Translations under genes and position numbers: made by a program | Part shown: positions 1 to 9,571 of the stretch, piece after piece | Numbering within the stretch: the stretch's first letter is position 1 | Layout of the letters: each line of letters starts with the position of its first letter | Source: Escherichia phage vB_EcoM_Maryam | Length of the DNA stretch: 64,000 nucleotides | Sequence record: PQ799574.1 | Reading direction: 5' to 3' (one strand) | The notes under the pieces: model-generated | What the model was told of the DNA's origin: nothing | Databases searched by the model: none | The model's input: the letters and a program-made list of their open reading frames with translations, nothing else

Positions 1-260
1 GGAGCTTTCCACAAATACAACTGAGTATTAGAATCAGTTGGAAGTTCTTCCCATGAAGCAGCAGTTTTAAATTCATCGCCTAAACGATATTTCAACGCGT
101 CAGTTCCAAAACCAAATACAGATTCATATGTTCCGTATAAGCGATTTTCTTCTACTAAAACCCCAGGAGTTTCTTCGTAACTAGTTATATTTATAGATAC
201 TAACGTTTCACCTGTTTCTAATTGAGCGGTAAAGGTGACGTCGATAGAAGAACCTTCCAT
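1..260 (-). CDS. hypothetical protein, 3-prime part outside window (gene 5.1-like position downstream of gene 5)
   Basis: ATG at 260 on minus strand preceded by aggag RBS; ORF stays open to window edge. Confidence 0.45.
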   Translation of the reverse strand, partial: MEGSSIDVTFTAQLETGETLVSINITSYEETPGVLVEENRLYGTYESVFGFGTDALKYRLGDEFKTAASWEELPTDSNTQLYLWKA

Positions 261-294
261 GGATTCTCCTAAATCAGCGCTCATTGGAAGTATA

Positions 295-2022
295 TTAGCC
301 AATGTCAATCCTCGATCCATCAATTGTGTATTGACCAGATGAAATAGAACTCATAGATGCCATTTTTTCTGTCCAATCACCACCAACGTCCCAATCAACT
401 GTCCCAGCAACTTTCCAAGAAAGATTTCCATTTACTGTATTAGTCTGATTTCCTTCAACTAAAGTGGTAGCATCTCCTTTAACTGTAATGTCAGCATTAC
501 CTTCAACTACAATAGTAACATTACCTTTAACTAGAATAGTTCCATTACCTTCAACAGTTTTCGTTTCGTCGCCACGTACAAATATTGTATTGCTTCCATC
601 TATCTGGTGAAGACGATTATCCATGTTGTAATAAATTTCTGAACCACCGACGTTAGTCTTTTTATCACCGGCTACCAAAAAATTACCATCAGCATTTGTT
701 ATATCATACAAATTATCGACAGTTTTTCTTGTTCTTCTTCCTGACGGTGATACTTCTTCATAAGTTCCAGTTGGATGAACTAATCTGTATCGTTCTTGCC
801 CAGGGGTATCATCAAATTCCTGAATATGTCCGCTTTCAGTTTCCATTGTATGTACATAAGGATATTCACCTTTATATGAAGAAACTGGTTCTTTGAATAA
901 AATTCTCGAGTCATTTGGAATAGGAGGGTCAGCAGGGTCAGAAGATTTAGCTACAGTAGCAGCCATTGCTGATAGAGACCTAGCTGGGGTTTTCACTTCA
1001 ACACCGTATGATTCCAAATTCCCCGTAAGAATAATCATGGTAACACGGGATGCACGGCCTTTTGTTTGTTGATACCACAATGAATCACGACCGGCTTTAT
1101 ATGCTTTTTCCCAATCTCCGGCTAACATAGCAGTTAACATTGTGTTAAATTTAGCTACACCGCCAACACCCATTTGAAATGCCATATTTTCTAACGCCAT
1201 TTGACGAGAACGGTTGACAGCTTGCCAGACTGGTCCTACTTTAGAATGTGATTTAATGTCCCGTTGCATATCAGCCAAATCACGCTCAAATAAAGTCGTC
1301 GCCTCTTCCATTGTAATAGAACCTGGATTTCCTGTAATTTCACGACCAACTTGTTTTGATAAAACTTTATTAATTTGAGCCATATCACGAACTGGCTGTT
1401 TCATGATAAGATGACCAATACCAATTGTCGGATATCCTTCAGTATCCCAATAAACTTTTAGTCTTAATCCTTCATCACGGCGAAGCATTTCAGCCATTGA
1501 CATATTTGGATTATCATCAGTTGGAATCTCTGATAGTGGTCTATCATCGGGATTTATTGCGGTGTCTAAGTTACTATCTTGGATAACGTTAGAAGACGAA
1601 TCATATCCTACTTCTCCGCCTTGGTTTAGTACGTTAGTATCATTCCCTAAACGTCTAGGATACTGCCCAGTTGGGTCAGAAAATCCTTCAAGTCTATTCG
1701 GTTTTTCGCGAACTATTCCACCATACGTGCCAAGGACAATTCCGTTAGTTTTCCATTTGTCCAAAAAATGACCATAAACTCTAGTTCCTTCTACCGGTCC
1801 AGTAACAGAACCTCCAATTCCTGACATTGCTGCAGAAGTTATAGGTTGAATAACTGACATCCATGGTAATTTTTCAGTTGGAATACCCATTACATCACCT
1901 TGTGCTCTTTGAGGTGGATGCAGACCAACCACACGAACACGAACACGACCTAATTTTAATGGGTCCATTCTATCTTCAACAACACCAACAAACCAATTAA
2001 GGTTATTACTTATCATTTCCAT
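295..2022 (-). CDS. 5: baseplate central hub / tail-associated lysozyme gp5
   Basis: 575 aa; internal lysozyme motif DEGLRLKVYWDTEGYPTIGIGHL (same fold as gene e product); C-terminal VEGN/VKGN beta-helix repeats. Confidence 0.95.
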   Translation of the reverse strand: MEMISNNLNWFVGVVEDRMDPLKLGRVRVRVVGLHPPQRAQGDVMGIPTEKLPWMSVIQPITSAAMSGIGGSVTGPVEGTRVYGHFLDKWKTNGIVLGTYGGIVREKPNRLEGFSDPTGQYPRRLGNDTNVLNQGGEVGYDSSSNVIQDSNLDTAINPDDRPLSEIPTDDNPNMSMAEMLRRDEGLRLKVYWDTEGYPTIGIGHLIMKQPVRDMAQINKVLSKQVGREITGNPGSITMEEATTLFERDLADMQRDIKSHSKVGPVWQAVNRSRQMALENMAFQMGVGGVAKFNTMLTAMLAGDWEKAYKAGRDSLWYQQTKGRASRVTMIILTGNLESYGVEVKTPARSLSAMAATVAKSSDPADPPIPNDSRILFKEPVSSYKGEYPYVHTMETESGHIQEFDDTPGQERYRLVHPTGTYEEVSPSGRRTRKTVDNLYDITNADGNFLVAGDKKTNVGGSEIYYNMDNRLHQIDGSNTIFVRGDETKTVEGNGTILVKGNVTIVVEGNADITVKGDATTLVEGNQTNTVNGNLSWKVAGTVDWDVGGDWTEKMASMSSISSGQYTIDGSRIDIG

Positions 2023-2596
2023 AAGATTTCTCCATTATACGTATAAGGTCGTTCATAAATGAATTGATGTCTGATTTTGCTATTATTTTTATTTGACGAA
2101 GTTTTTCATTTTCAAGAACAGCAGCTTCATACGTATCGACCGCAGCAAGTGCTCCTTCATATTGAGGATATTTTCTAGCTTTATCACCTTTGTCATACCA
2201 AACATATGGATTATCATCGTATGATATTAAATTATAAAATTTTTCACCGTTCTCATTTACATGATATACTATTTGGTCTCCACCTACATTTTTGTATTTT
2301 TGTATAGATGCTTGATAAGCAGCTTCTTGTGAAGTAATCCATCCATAATACGGGTCATAATTATCATTACACATCAATAAAACCCAATACAACTGCGGAT
2401 TTCCATATATAGTATTTGCTAATTCTTCCGGGCGTGGTGAACCTTTAATATAATAAGTACGTAAGCGGTATCCCGCAAGAGCGCGTTTAAAATAGTCTTT
2501 ATAGTTTCTAAAAATATCTGTCATAGGAATAGTCGGCGCGTTTTTATTCACCGTTTTGGCCGCATATTCAATCGGATCAAAAAATGTAAAGAGCAT
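2006..2596 (-). CDS. 53: baseplate wedge protein gp53
   Basis: 196 aa; overlaps gene 5 start; T-even synteny 53-5. Confidence 0.8.
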   Translation of the reverse strand: MLFTFFDPIEYAAKTVNKNAPTIPMTDIFRNYKDYFKRALAGYRLRTYYIKGSPRPEELANTIYGNPQLYWVLLMCNDNYDPYYGWITSQEAAYQASIQKYKNVGGDQIVYHVNENGEKFYNLISYDDNPYVWYDKGDKARKYPQYEGALAAVDTYEAAVLENEKLRQIKIIAKSDINSFMNDLIRIMEKSYGNDK

Positions 2597-2609
2597 GGGC
2601 CCTCCTGTT

Positions 2610-2617
2610 TATAAATA
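2610..2617 (+). promoter_or_regulatory. late promoter TATAAATA for gene 4
   Basis: exact TATAAATA about 27 nt upstream of gene 4 ATG. Confidence 0.65.
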
Positions 2618-2624
2618 TATTATC

Positions 2625-2632
2625 TATTTATA
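2625..2632 (-). promoter_or_regulatory. late promoter TATAAATA (minus strand) for gene 53-5
   Basis: TATAAATA on minus strand about 30 nt upstream of gene 53 ATG; divergent with gene 4 promoter. Confidence 0.6.
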
Positions 2633-2643
2633 AGGAGAATCCA

Positions 2644-3096
2644 ATGGCATATTCTGGAAAATGGGTTCCTAAAAATATATCAAAGTATAGAGGTGACCCT
2701 AAAAAAATTACGTATAGATCAAATTGGGAAAAATTCTTTTTTGAATGGTTAGATAAAAATCCAGAAATTATTGCATGGGGTAGTGAAACAGCAGTAATTC
2801 CTTATTTTTGTAATGCAGAAGGGAAAAAACGTAGATACTTCATGGATATTTGGATGAAAGATTCTTCTGGACAAGAATTTTTTATTGAAATAAAGCCTAA
2901 AAAAGAAACACAACCACCAGTTAAACCAGCACATCTAACGACTGCAGCGAAGAAAAGATTTATGAATGAAATTTATACATATTCTGTTAATACCGACAAA
3001 TGGAAAGCAGCGCAAGCTTTAGCTGAAAAGCGTGGAATAAAATTTAGAATTCTAACAGAAGATGGATTACGAGCTCTTGGCTTTAAGGGGGCATAA
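2644..3096 (+). CDS. 4: head completion protein gp4
   Basis: 150 aa; synteny 53 / 4-2-3. Confidence 0.8.
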   Translation: MAYSGKWVPKNISKYRGDPKKITYRSNWEKFFFEWLDKNPEIIAWGSETAVIPYFCNAEGKKRRYFMDIWMKDSSGQEFFIEIKPKKETQPPVKPAHLTTAAKKRFMNEIYTYSVNTDKWKAAQALAEKRGIKFRILTEDGLRALGFKGA

Positions 3097-3920
3097 TGGC
3101 TATTTTTCAAATAATTAATGAAAGCACACCCCAAGTTCCAAAGGTTAAGCAATCATTAAACGAAAAGAAATGGATTCAGATAGGTCTTGAATATAAAAAG
3201 GCCAAAGCAAAAGGAATGACAGGAAAGCAATTTGCTGAAGAAAGAGGAATCAAATACTCTACGTTTACTTCGGCATTGTCAAAATATGCTTCGGGAATTA
3301 AAACGGCTGAAAAGATTCAAAAGCTTGAATCAAAACCAATGAATAAGCTCAATAAGCAAGAAAGACAACTGCTTATGATAAATTCATTCAGACAAACATT
3401 GCGCGATAAAATTCGTAATGAAGGTGCAGCAATTAATAATAAAACCAGAAAATGGTTTGCTGAAACTATTAAGCAAGTAAAAGGACATAAAGTTGTTCGC
3501 CCGCAGCCGGGACGAATATATGCTTTTGCTTATGATGCTAAACACAAGGAAACTCTTCCTTACTGGGATAAATTTCCTTTGATAATTTACCTTGGTTTAG
3601 GTAAGCATAATTTAATGTACGGATTGAACTTGCACTATATTCCACCTAAAGCTCGTCAGCAATTTCTAGAAGAGCTTTTAAAGCAATATTCAAATACACC
3701 TACTATTACTAATAAAACGAAATTAAAAATTGATTGGAGTCAAGTGAAAGGATTTAGGGGTGCAGACCAAATGATTAAGGCATATATACCTGGTAATATT
3801 ATGGGTAGCCTTGTTGAAATCGCCCCGAAAGACTGGGCGAACGTTGTGCTGATGCCACTTCAGCAGTTCGTTTCAAAAGGAAAACGTTTCTCTGCAAACA
3901 AAGTCTGGTCAAATATCTAA
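3096..3920 (+). CDS. 2: DNA end protector protein gp2
   Basis: 274 aa; start overlaps gene 4 stop; synteny. Confidence 0.8.
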   Translation: MAIFQIINESTPQVPKVKQSLNEKKWIQIGLEYKKAKAKGMTGKQFAEERGIKYSTFTSALSKYASGIKTAEKIQKLESKPMNKLNKQERQLLMINSFRQTLRDKIRNEGAAINNKTRKWFAETIKQVKGHKVVRPQPGRIYAFAYDAKHKETLPYWDKFPLIIYLGLGKHNLMYGLNLHYIPPKARQQFLEELLKQYSNTPTITNKTKLKIDWSQVKGFRGADQMIKAYIPGNIMGSLVEIAPKDWANVVLMPLQQFVSKGKRFSANKVWSNI

Positions 3921-4026
3921 TTCTATTATCTTCCATTCTTTTCTGTTGTTTGTTCTAAATGGAATTGAATGGAAGGGACTTAGACCCATTATACCACCAA
4001 CAGTTATAAAGCATTATGAGGAATAT

Positions 4027-4557
4027 ATGTCGCAAGCTCTGCAACAAATTTTTAACCAAGCAAATACAACTAACTTTGTAGTATCAATACCACATAGTAA
4101 TACTACATCTGCTTTTACTTTAAATGCTCAGTCAGTTCCTATTCCAGGAATTAGAATACCTGTTACTGATACCGTGACTGGGCCGTTTGGACTGGGCCGA
4201 GCACAACGTCCAGGTGTTACATTTGAGTATGATCCACTCATTGTGAGATTTATAGTTGATGAAGAACTTAAGTCGTGGATAGGAATGTATGAATGGATGT
4301 TAGGAACTAGCAACTATCTTACAGGTGAAAATACTGCCCAAAAAACAGGTCCTGAGTACATTACGCTTTACATCTTAGATAATAGCAAAACTGAAATCGT
4401 GATGTCAATAAATTTTTATAAGCCGTGGGTTTCTGACCTATCTGAAGTAGAATTTAGCTACACAGAAGATTCAGACCCGGCTTTAGTATGTACTGCAACG
4501 ATTCCTTACACCTATTTTCAAGTAGAAAAAGATGGAAAAATTATAGCAGAAGTTTAA
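4027..4557 (+). CDS. 3: tail completion / sheath stabiliser gp3
   Basis: 176 aa from ATG 4027 (ORF open from 3946); synteny 2-3-1. Confidence 0.7.
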   Translation: MSQALQQIFNQANTTNFVVSIPHSNTTSAFTLNAQSVPIPGIRIPVTDTVTGPFGLGRAQRPGVTFEYDPLIVRFIVDEELKSWIGMYEWMLGTSNYLTGENTAQKTGPEYITLYILDNSKTEIVMSINFYKPWVSDLSEVEFSYTEDSDPALVCTATIPYTYFQVEKDGKIIAEV

Positions 4558-4606
4558 TGCTTCAGTTTTGTGTGTTATAATCTTAATTAAATTTGAGGAG
4601 AAACAC

Positions 4607-5331
4607 ATGAAACTAATCTTTTTAAGCGGTGTAAAGCGTAGTGGAAAAGATACTACTGCTGATTTTATCATGAGCAATTATTCTGCAGTTAAATACCAAC
4701 TTGCTGGTCCTATTAAGGATGCATTGGCTTATGCATGGGGAGTATTTGCAGCAAACACTGACTATCCTTGCTTAACTCGTAAAGAGTTTGAAGGAATTGA
4801 CTATGATCGTGAGACTAATTTAAATCTGACTAAATTAGAAGTAATCACAATTATGGAACAAGCATTTTGCTATCTTAACGGTAAAAGCCCAATTAAGGGT
4901 GTGTTTGTTTTTGATGACGAAGGACAAGAATCAGTTAATTCCGTAGCATTTAACAAGATTATTGACGTTATAAATAATATTGAAGATCAATGGTCAGTCC
5001 GTCGTCTGATGCAAGCCCTAGGTACGGATTTGATTGTTAATAACTTCGACCGCATGTATTGGGTAAAATTATTTGCTTTAGATTATCTTGATAAATTTAA
5101 CTCAGGTTATGAATATTATATCGTTCCTGATACTCGTCAAGATCATGAAATGGATGCGGCTAGGGCGATGGGTGCTACAGTAATTCATGTAGTTCGTCCT
5201 GGTCAAAAATCCAATGATACACATATTACAGAAGCTGGATTGCCAATTCGTGATGGCGATTTAGTAATTACAAACGATGGTTCTCTTGAAGAACTTTTTT
5301 CTAAAATTAAAAATACACTAAAGGTACTATA

Positions 5332-5332
<1 letters not shown>
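4607..5332 (+). CDS. 1: deoxynucleoside monophosphate kinase gp1
   Basis: 241 aa from ATG 4607; P-loop FLSGVKRSGKDT. Confidence 0.85.
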
Positions 5333-6029
<697 letters not shown>

Positions 6030-6041
6030 TTTCACAAAGTT

Positions 6042-6074
6042 GTTTACATGGGGTTTTAGTAGTGATACTATTAC
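6042..6074 (+). promoter_or_regulatory. T4-type early promoter (-35 GTTTAC, -10 region AGTGATACTATTAC)
   Basis: GTTTAC plus extended -10 at the usual spacing; A/T-rich upstream; first copy of a direct repeat. Confidence 0.6.
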
Positions 6075-6107
6075 CCTATCAAAACAAATGTGAAATTGGA
6101 GAACAAA

Positions 6108-6341
6108 ATGAAAACGTATCAAGAATTTATTGCTGAAACTGCTGATGTAAAAGTTGAGTTTATTTACACTGGCAAGAAAGATAAAATGGGTGAAATGCCT
6201 CATGGAGTTCTTCGTGATGCATTAGATGATTTCGGTCAACTCGGTGGTGAAGAGTTTGGCGATTACTTTGTTATCTATGGCCCGGCAAAAGTCATTGAGA
6301 AATGGGCTGATAAATATAAATCAATTTTTCGTAAAAAATAA
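6108..6341 (+). CDS. internal protein (ipI position) with capsid-targeting N-terminus
   Basis: N-terminus MKTYQEFIAE equals the T-even internal-protein capsid targeting sequence; body differs from T4 IPI; alternative start 6090. Confidence 0.65.
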   Translation: MKTYQEFIAETADVKVEFIYTGKKDKMGEMPHGVLRDALDDFGQLGGEEFGDYFVIYGPAKVIEKWADKYKSIFRKK

Positions 6342-6374
6342 GTTTACTTTTAGATAGGGTAGTGATACTATTAC
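6342..6374 (+). promoter_or_regulatory. T4-type early promoter, second copy of the 6042 repeat
   Basis: GTTTAC and identical 22-mer agtgatactattaccctatcaa as at 6061-6082. Confidence 0.6.
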
Positions 6375-6399
6375 CCTATCAACTACCGAGGAGAATAAA

Positions 6400-6585
6400 A
6401 TGAAACGTTGTGAATTAATTCGAAATGTTGCTATTGCAATTTCTGCTTCCGCTTTTAGTTTTTCAATGTTTGTTGGATTTATATGCGGATTATTGACTAC
6501 AGCAGAAAATGTTTTTTCACTTGTAGTAGCATTTTTAATTGGTTTAATTGCTATCGTTATGGATAAAATTTCTAAAGGTGAATAG
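6400..6585 (+). CDS. small membrane protein
   Basis: 61 aa, hydrophobic helices. Confidence 0.5.
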   Translation: MKRCELIRNVAIAISASAFSFSMFVGFICGLLTTAENVFSLVVAFLIGLIAIVMDKISKGE

Positions 6586-6586
6586 A

Positions 6587-6967
6587 ATGTATAAAGTGTA
6601 CGCGGATTATCAGGCTAATCCATCTGAAAAGCCAGATTGCCAAATTGGATGGGCTCATGATACCCTGCTTGAAGCAGTAGATGCTGCTCAAAAATTAGGA
6701 TATAGTTATGTAGATATTGTTCAACCTGGTGGAACAGTTATTACTCTTGAAGAGTTCAATAACATTAAACCAAACTTTTTACTTTTTGCAGGTGATAATT
6801 ATTATCCTCGTGGTGGATATGCTGATTTAATCGCGAAAGCCGCTACTGAAGATGAACTTCGTGATATTATCAAAGAAAATGAAAACAAACCGATGTATGG
6901 TTCTAATCGCTTTGATTGGTGGCAAATTGTAAATGCCCATACTCATACTATTGTTGATGAAGGTTGA
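6587..6967 (+). CDS. hypothetical protein
   Basis: 126 aa from ATG 6587 with aaggtga RBS (ORF open from 6548). Confidence 0.5.
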   Translation: MYKVYADYQANPSEKPDCQIGWAHDTLLEAVDAAQKLGYSYVDIVQPGGTVITLEEFNNIKPNFLLFAGDNYYPRGGYADLIAKAATEDELRDIIKENENKPMYGSNRFDWWQIVNAHTHTIVDEG

Positions 6968-6969
6968 TA

Positions 6970-7257
6970 ATGATTCTTTATGCTAAAGTATCATCCATTG
7001 AAAATGGATATAAATATGATCAAGAAGCAGCTAAAGCCTTGATTGATGATTATGGCATTTTAACATGTTTTGAAGTTGAAAAGGTTTATGTTGACCGTTC
7101 ATCTTCTCAAGTTAAATTAGTGAAGGAAGACCGTAAATTTAATACAGTAAATTTTGATTTCTTTATTGAAACAGAAAAAGGTCCTCTTGGATATGATATT
7201 TTCAAGAATCCTTTGGGTCTTGAATGCATCGTAAATATGTATTATCATAAATGGTAA
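6970..7257 (+). CDS. hypothetical protein
   Basis: 95 aa from ATG 6970 (track start 6964 is TTG). Confidence 0.5.
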   Translation: MILYAKVSSIENGYKYDQEAAKALIDDYGILTCFEVEKVYVDRSSSQVKLVKEDRKFNTVNFDFFIETEKGPLGYDIFKNPLGLECIVNMYYHKW

Positions 7258-7354
7258 ATATGCTTTAAGAATTATTTGTTATTATTAACTCATACCGCAC
7301 TGATTAATACCCTCTATCATCAAGGGCTCTTGCTAAAGAGCCTTTGTTAATAAT

Positions 7355-7427
7355 TGGGAATTAGCCAAGTTGGTAAGGCACTGGATTTTGATTCCAGGAT
7401 GCAAAGGTTCAAGTCCTTTATTCCCAG
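7355..7427 (+). tRNA. tRNA-Gln (anticodon UUG)
   Basis: cloverleaf folded by hand: 7-bp acceptor tgggaat/attccca, anticodon loop ttTTGat, T-loop ttcaagt. Confidence 0.85.
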
Positions 7428-7428
7428 C

Positions 7429-7512
7429 GCGAGAATGGTCAAATTGGTAAAGGCACAGCACTTAAAATGCTGCGGAATGATTTCCTTGTGGGTTCGAGTC
7501 CCACTTCTCGCA
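7429..7512 (+). tRNA. tRNA-Leu (anticodon UAA)
   Basis: acceptor gcgagaa/ttctcgc, anticodon loop ctTAAaa, long variable arm, encoded CCA. Confidence 0.85.
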
Positions 7513-7520
7513 CCAAATTT

Positions 7521-7594
<74 letters not shown>

Positions 7595-7604
7595 ATTTAA
7601 TTTA

Positions 7605-7678
7605 CTCCGTGTAGCTCAGTTTGGTAGAGCGCCTGATTTGGGATCAGGAGGTCCAAGGTTCAAATCCTTGTATGGAGA
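7605..7678 (+). tRNA. tRNA-Pro (anticodon UGG)
   Basis: D-arm agctcagtttggtagagc, anticodon loop ttTGGga, T-loop ttcaaat. Confidence 0.8.
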
Positions 7679-7680
7679 CT

Positions 7681-7767
7681 GGAGGTGTGGCAGAGTGGTT
7701 GAATGCACCGGTCTTGAAAACCGGCAGTCGCTCCGGCGACTCATAGGTTCAAATCCTATCGCCTCCG
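7681..7767 (+). tRNA. tRNA-Ser (anticodon UGA)
   Basis: acceptor ggaggtg/cgcctcc, anticodon loop ctTGAaa, long variable arm, T-loop ttcaaat. Confidence 0.8.
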
Positions 7768-7774
7768 TAATTTC

Positions 7775-7847
7775 GCTGATTTAGCTCAGTAGGTAGAGCA
7801 CCTCACTTGTAATGAGGACGTCGGCGGTTCGATTCCGTCAATCAGCA
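7775..7847 (+). tRNA. tRNA-Thr (anticodon UGU)
   Basis: acceptor gctgatt/aatcagc, anticodon loop ctTGTaa, T-loop ttcgatt, CCA follows. Confidence 0.85.
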
Positions 7848-7851
7848 CCAA

Positions 7852-7925
7852 GGCCCTGTAGCTCAATGGTTAGCAGCAGTCCCCTCATAAGGGAAAGGTT
7901 ACCAGTTCAAATCTGGTCTGGGTCA
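7852..7925 (+). tRNA. tRNA with anticodon CAU (Ile-2 by position in T-even cluster, or Met)
   Basis: anticodon loop ctCATaa, T-arm accag-ttcaaat-ctggt, CCA follows; D-stem and top anticodon-stem pair imperfect. Confidence 0.6.
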
Positions 7926-7937
7926 CCAAATTAATTA

Positions 7938-8021
7938 GGGGAGTTATCCCGTAGAGGTAGCGGTGTGGACTGTAAATCCATTGTCATTGCGACTCGGGTG
8001 GTTCGACTCCATCACTCCCCA
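7938..8021 (+). tRNA. tRNA-Tyr-like (anticodon GUA, long variable arm); possibly pseudo-tRNA
   Basis: acceptor ggggagt/actcccc perfect, anticodon loop ctGTAaa, variable arm resembles bacterial tRNA-Tyr, T-loop ttcgact, CCA follows; D-arm pairs poorly. Confidence 0.5.
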
Positions 8022-8070
8022 CCAATTTATGACTCGTCGTGAGACGCTCAGTTCTTTATTAGGGACTGAT

Positions 8071-8736
8071 ATGCATTTTTATCTTTATAAAATAACAAAT
8101 AAAATTAATAATAAAATTTATATTGGTGTGCATTCTACCGAAAATTTAGATGATGGATATATGGGTTCTGGTAAATTATTAAAAAGAGCCCAAGACAAGT
8201 ATGGTATAGAAAATTTTTCTAAAGAAATATTAGAGTATTTTGATGATAAAGAATCTATGCTTGAAGCCGAGAAAAATATTGTCACAGAAGAGTTTTTAAA
8301 TAGACCAGATGTGTATAATTTAAAACTTGGCGGTGAAGGTGGATGGGACCATATAAATATTCCTGGGATGCTAAACCAGAAGAAAGATGCTAGCTTAAAA
8401 GGAGCTAAATCGTTTAAATCGCGTTTTGAAAATGATATTTTACTTCAAGAAAAATATCGTAAAATTGGTTCAAATGTATTTAAACGTTTGTGGTCAACTC
8501 CTGAATACAAGGAAAAATTTTTAAATAATAGCAGATTTTTAAATAAGCATCATACTCCTGAAACTATTAATAAAATGAAAGAAATTCATGTTAAAAATAA
8601 TCATCAGAAAGGAGAAAAGAATTCCCAATTTGGTATGATGTGGATTCATTCATTAGATGAAAAAGTTTCTAAACGTATTAAGAAAACTGACCCAATTCCA
8701 GAAGGATGGTTTAAAGGTCGAAAAATGAAATTTTAA
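8071..8736 (+). CDS. segB: GIY-YIG homing endonuclease (SegB-like)
   Basis: 221 aa from ATG 8071; YLYKITN...KIYIG motif; embedded in tRNA cluster like T4 segB; upstream ORF extension to 7963 overlaps a tRNA. Confidence 0.75.
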   Translation: MHFYLYKITNKINNKIYIGVHSTENLDDGYMGSGKLLKRAQDKYGIENFSKEILEYFDDKESMLEAEKNIVTEEFLNRPDVYNLKLGGEGGWDHINIPGMLNQKKDASLKGAKSFKSRFENDILLQEKYRKIGSNVFKRLWSTPEYKEKFLNNSRFLNKHHTPETINKMKEIHVKNNHQKGEKNSQFGMMWIHSLDEKVSKRIKKTDPIPEGWFKGRKMKF

Positions 8737-8739
8737 TTA

Positions 8740-8812
8740 CGGGGCATAGCTCAGAAGGAAGAGCAAGGACCTTCTAAGTCCTGGGTCGTAGGTTCGATCC
8801 CTACTGCCTCGA
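8740..8812 (+). tRNA. tRNA-Arg (anticodon UCU)
   Basis: acceptor cggggca/tgcctcg, anticodon stem aggac/gtcct with loop ctTCTaa, T-loop ttcgatc, CCA follows. Confidence 0.85.
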
Positions 8813-8833
8813 CCAATTATAAGTGAGGAAAAT

Positions 8834-9184
8834 ATGAAAGGTAATGTTTATTTAGTAGTTCATGATTTAACATTCTATTTTAATCATAATGATACTGTTA
8901 TTTCTGAACGTGTAATTAATTTGCTTTATCAGCATGCAGATTATGTTTATGTCGAAAACGAATTTGGTCATTGGCAATTTCTCAAAAATCGTTCATTTGG
9001 TTTAGATGGTTACGAATATTTTGAACGTAAAGACCTTTTAGATAAAATTCCGTTATCTACACAATATCAAAATCATAAGTCTTTACATAAATGTCGACTA
9101 ATTCGAAATGCTGAATCTGCTTATGAAGCAATTGATTTATGGCGTAAACGCCGTGAACAGATTGATGCTTTAAAAGAATATTAA
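8834..9184 (+). CDS. hypothetical protein
   Basis: 116 aa; ggaaaat RBS. Confidence 0.5.
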   Translation: MKGNVYLVVHDLTFYFNHNDTVISERVINLLYQHADYVYVENEFGHWQFLKNRSFGLDGYEYFERKDLLDKIPLSTQYQNHKSLHKCRLIRNAESAYEAIDLWRKRREQIDALKEY

Positions 9185-9493
9185 GAAGCCGGGTCGCTAC
9201 CGGTAAGTCGTCGGACTGATGTTCCCTGAGTAAGGAATTGCGTTAATAATCCTTGCGTTTATTGATGCCCTCTTACATCACAGCAGAAACGGCGCACCGA
9301 ATTATCGATTCGAGGAAATATCTTTGCCGTAAGCCGAGTAGCGTTTTTGACGGAACGTTCGGATATGGTCGAGATATGGCCTTTTAAAAATATTGAGTAG
9401 CGTCAACTGCTTGATAACCGGGTTCGAATCCCGGCGTTTCGTACAAACACTTGCCTTAGCAGGTGGAACCCCGACAAGGTTGCCGCAAGGCTT
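9185..9493 (+). ncRNA. candidate structured stable RNA region (T4 species 1/2 RNA-like, tRNA-like T-arm)
   Basis: about 300 bp with no ORF, locally GC-rich; GGGTTCGAATCCCGG T-arm-like motif at 9418-9432; sits just past tRNA-Arg where T4 encodes small stable RNAs. Confidence 0.4.
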
Positions 9494-9522
9494 AGCCCCG
9501 ACCGAAAGGTTGGGGCTTTTTG
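9494..9522 (+). terminator. rho-independent terminator (hairpin + T run)
   Basis: agcccc...ggggct stem followed by ttttt; first copy of a repeated module. Confidence 0.6.
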
Positions 9523-9523
9523 G

Positions 9524-9531
9524 TATAAATA
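9524..9531 (+). promoter_or_regulatory. late promoter TATAAATA
   Basis: exact TATAAATA about 40 nt upstream of the 9572 internal-protein-like gene. Confidence 0.6.
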
Positions 9532-9571
9532 TAGTAGTATATTAAATCCACGAATTAAAACAGGAAATAAG

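Noticed and set aside
696-1771. Plus-strand ORFs 696-896 and 1562-1771 inside gene 5
   Set aside because: They lie antisense within a strongly supported 575-aa gene, have low-complexity translations and no RBS, so they are treated as spurious
7963-8070. Longer 257-aa version of the homing endonuclease starting at 7963
   Set aside because: The extension overlaps the tRNA-Tyr-like gene; the GIY-YIG domain starts at the MHFYLYKITN ATG 8071, which gives the T4 SegB-like size of 221 aa
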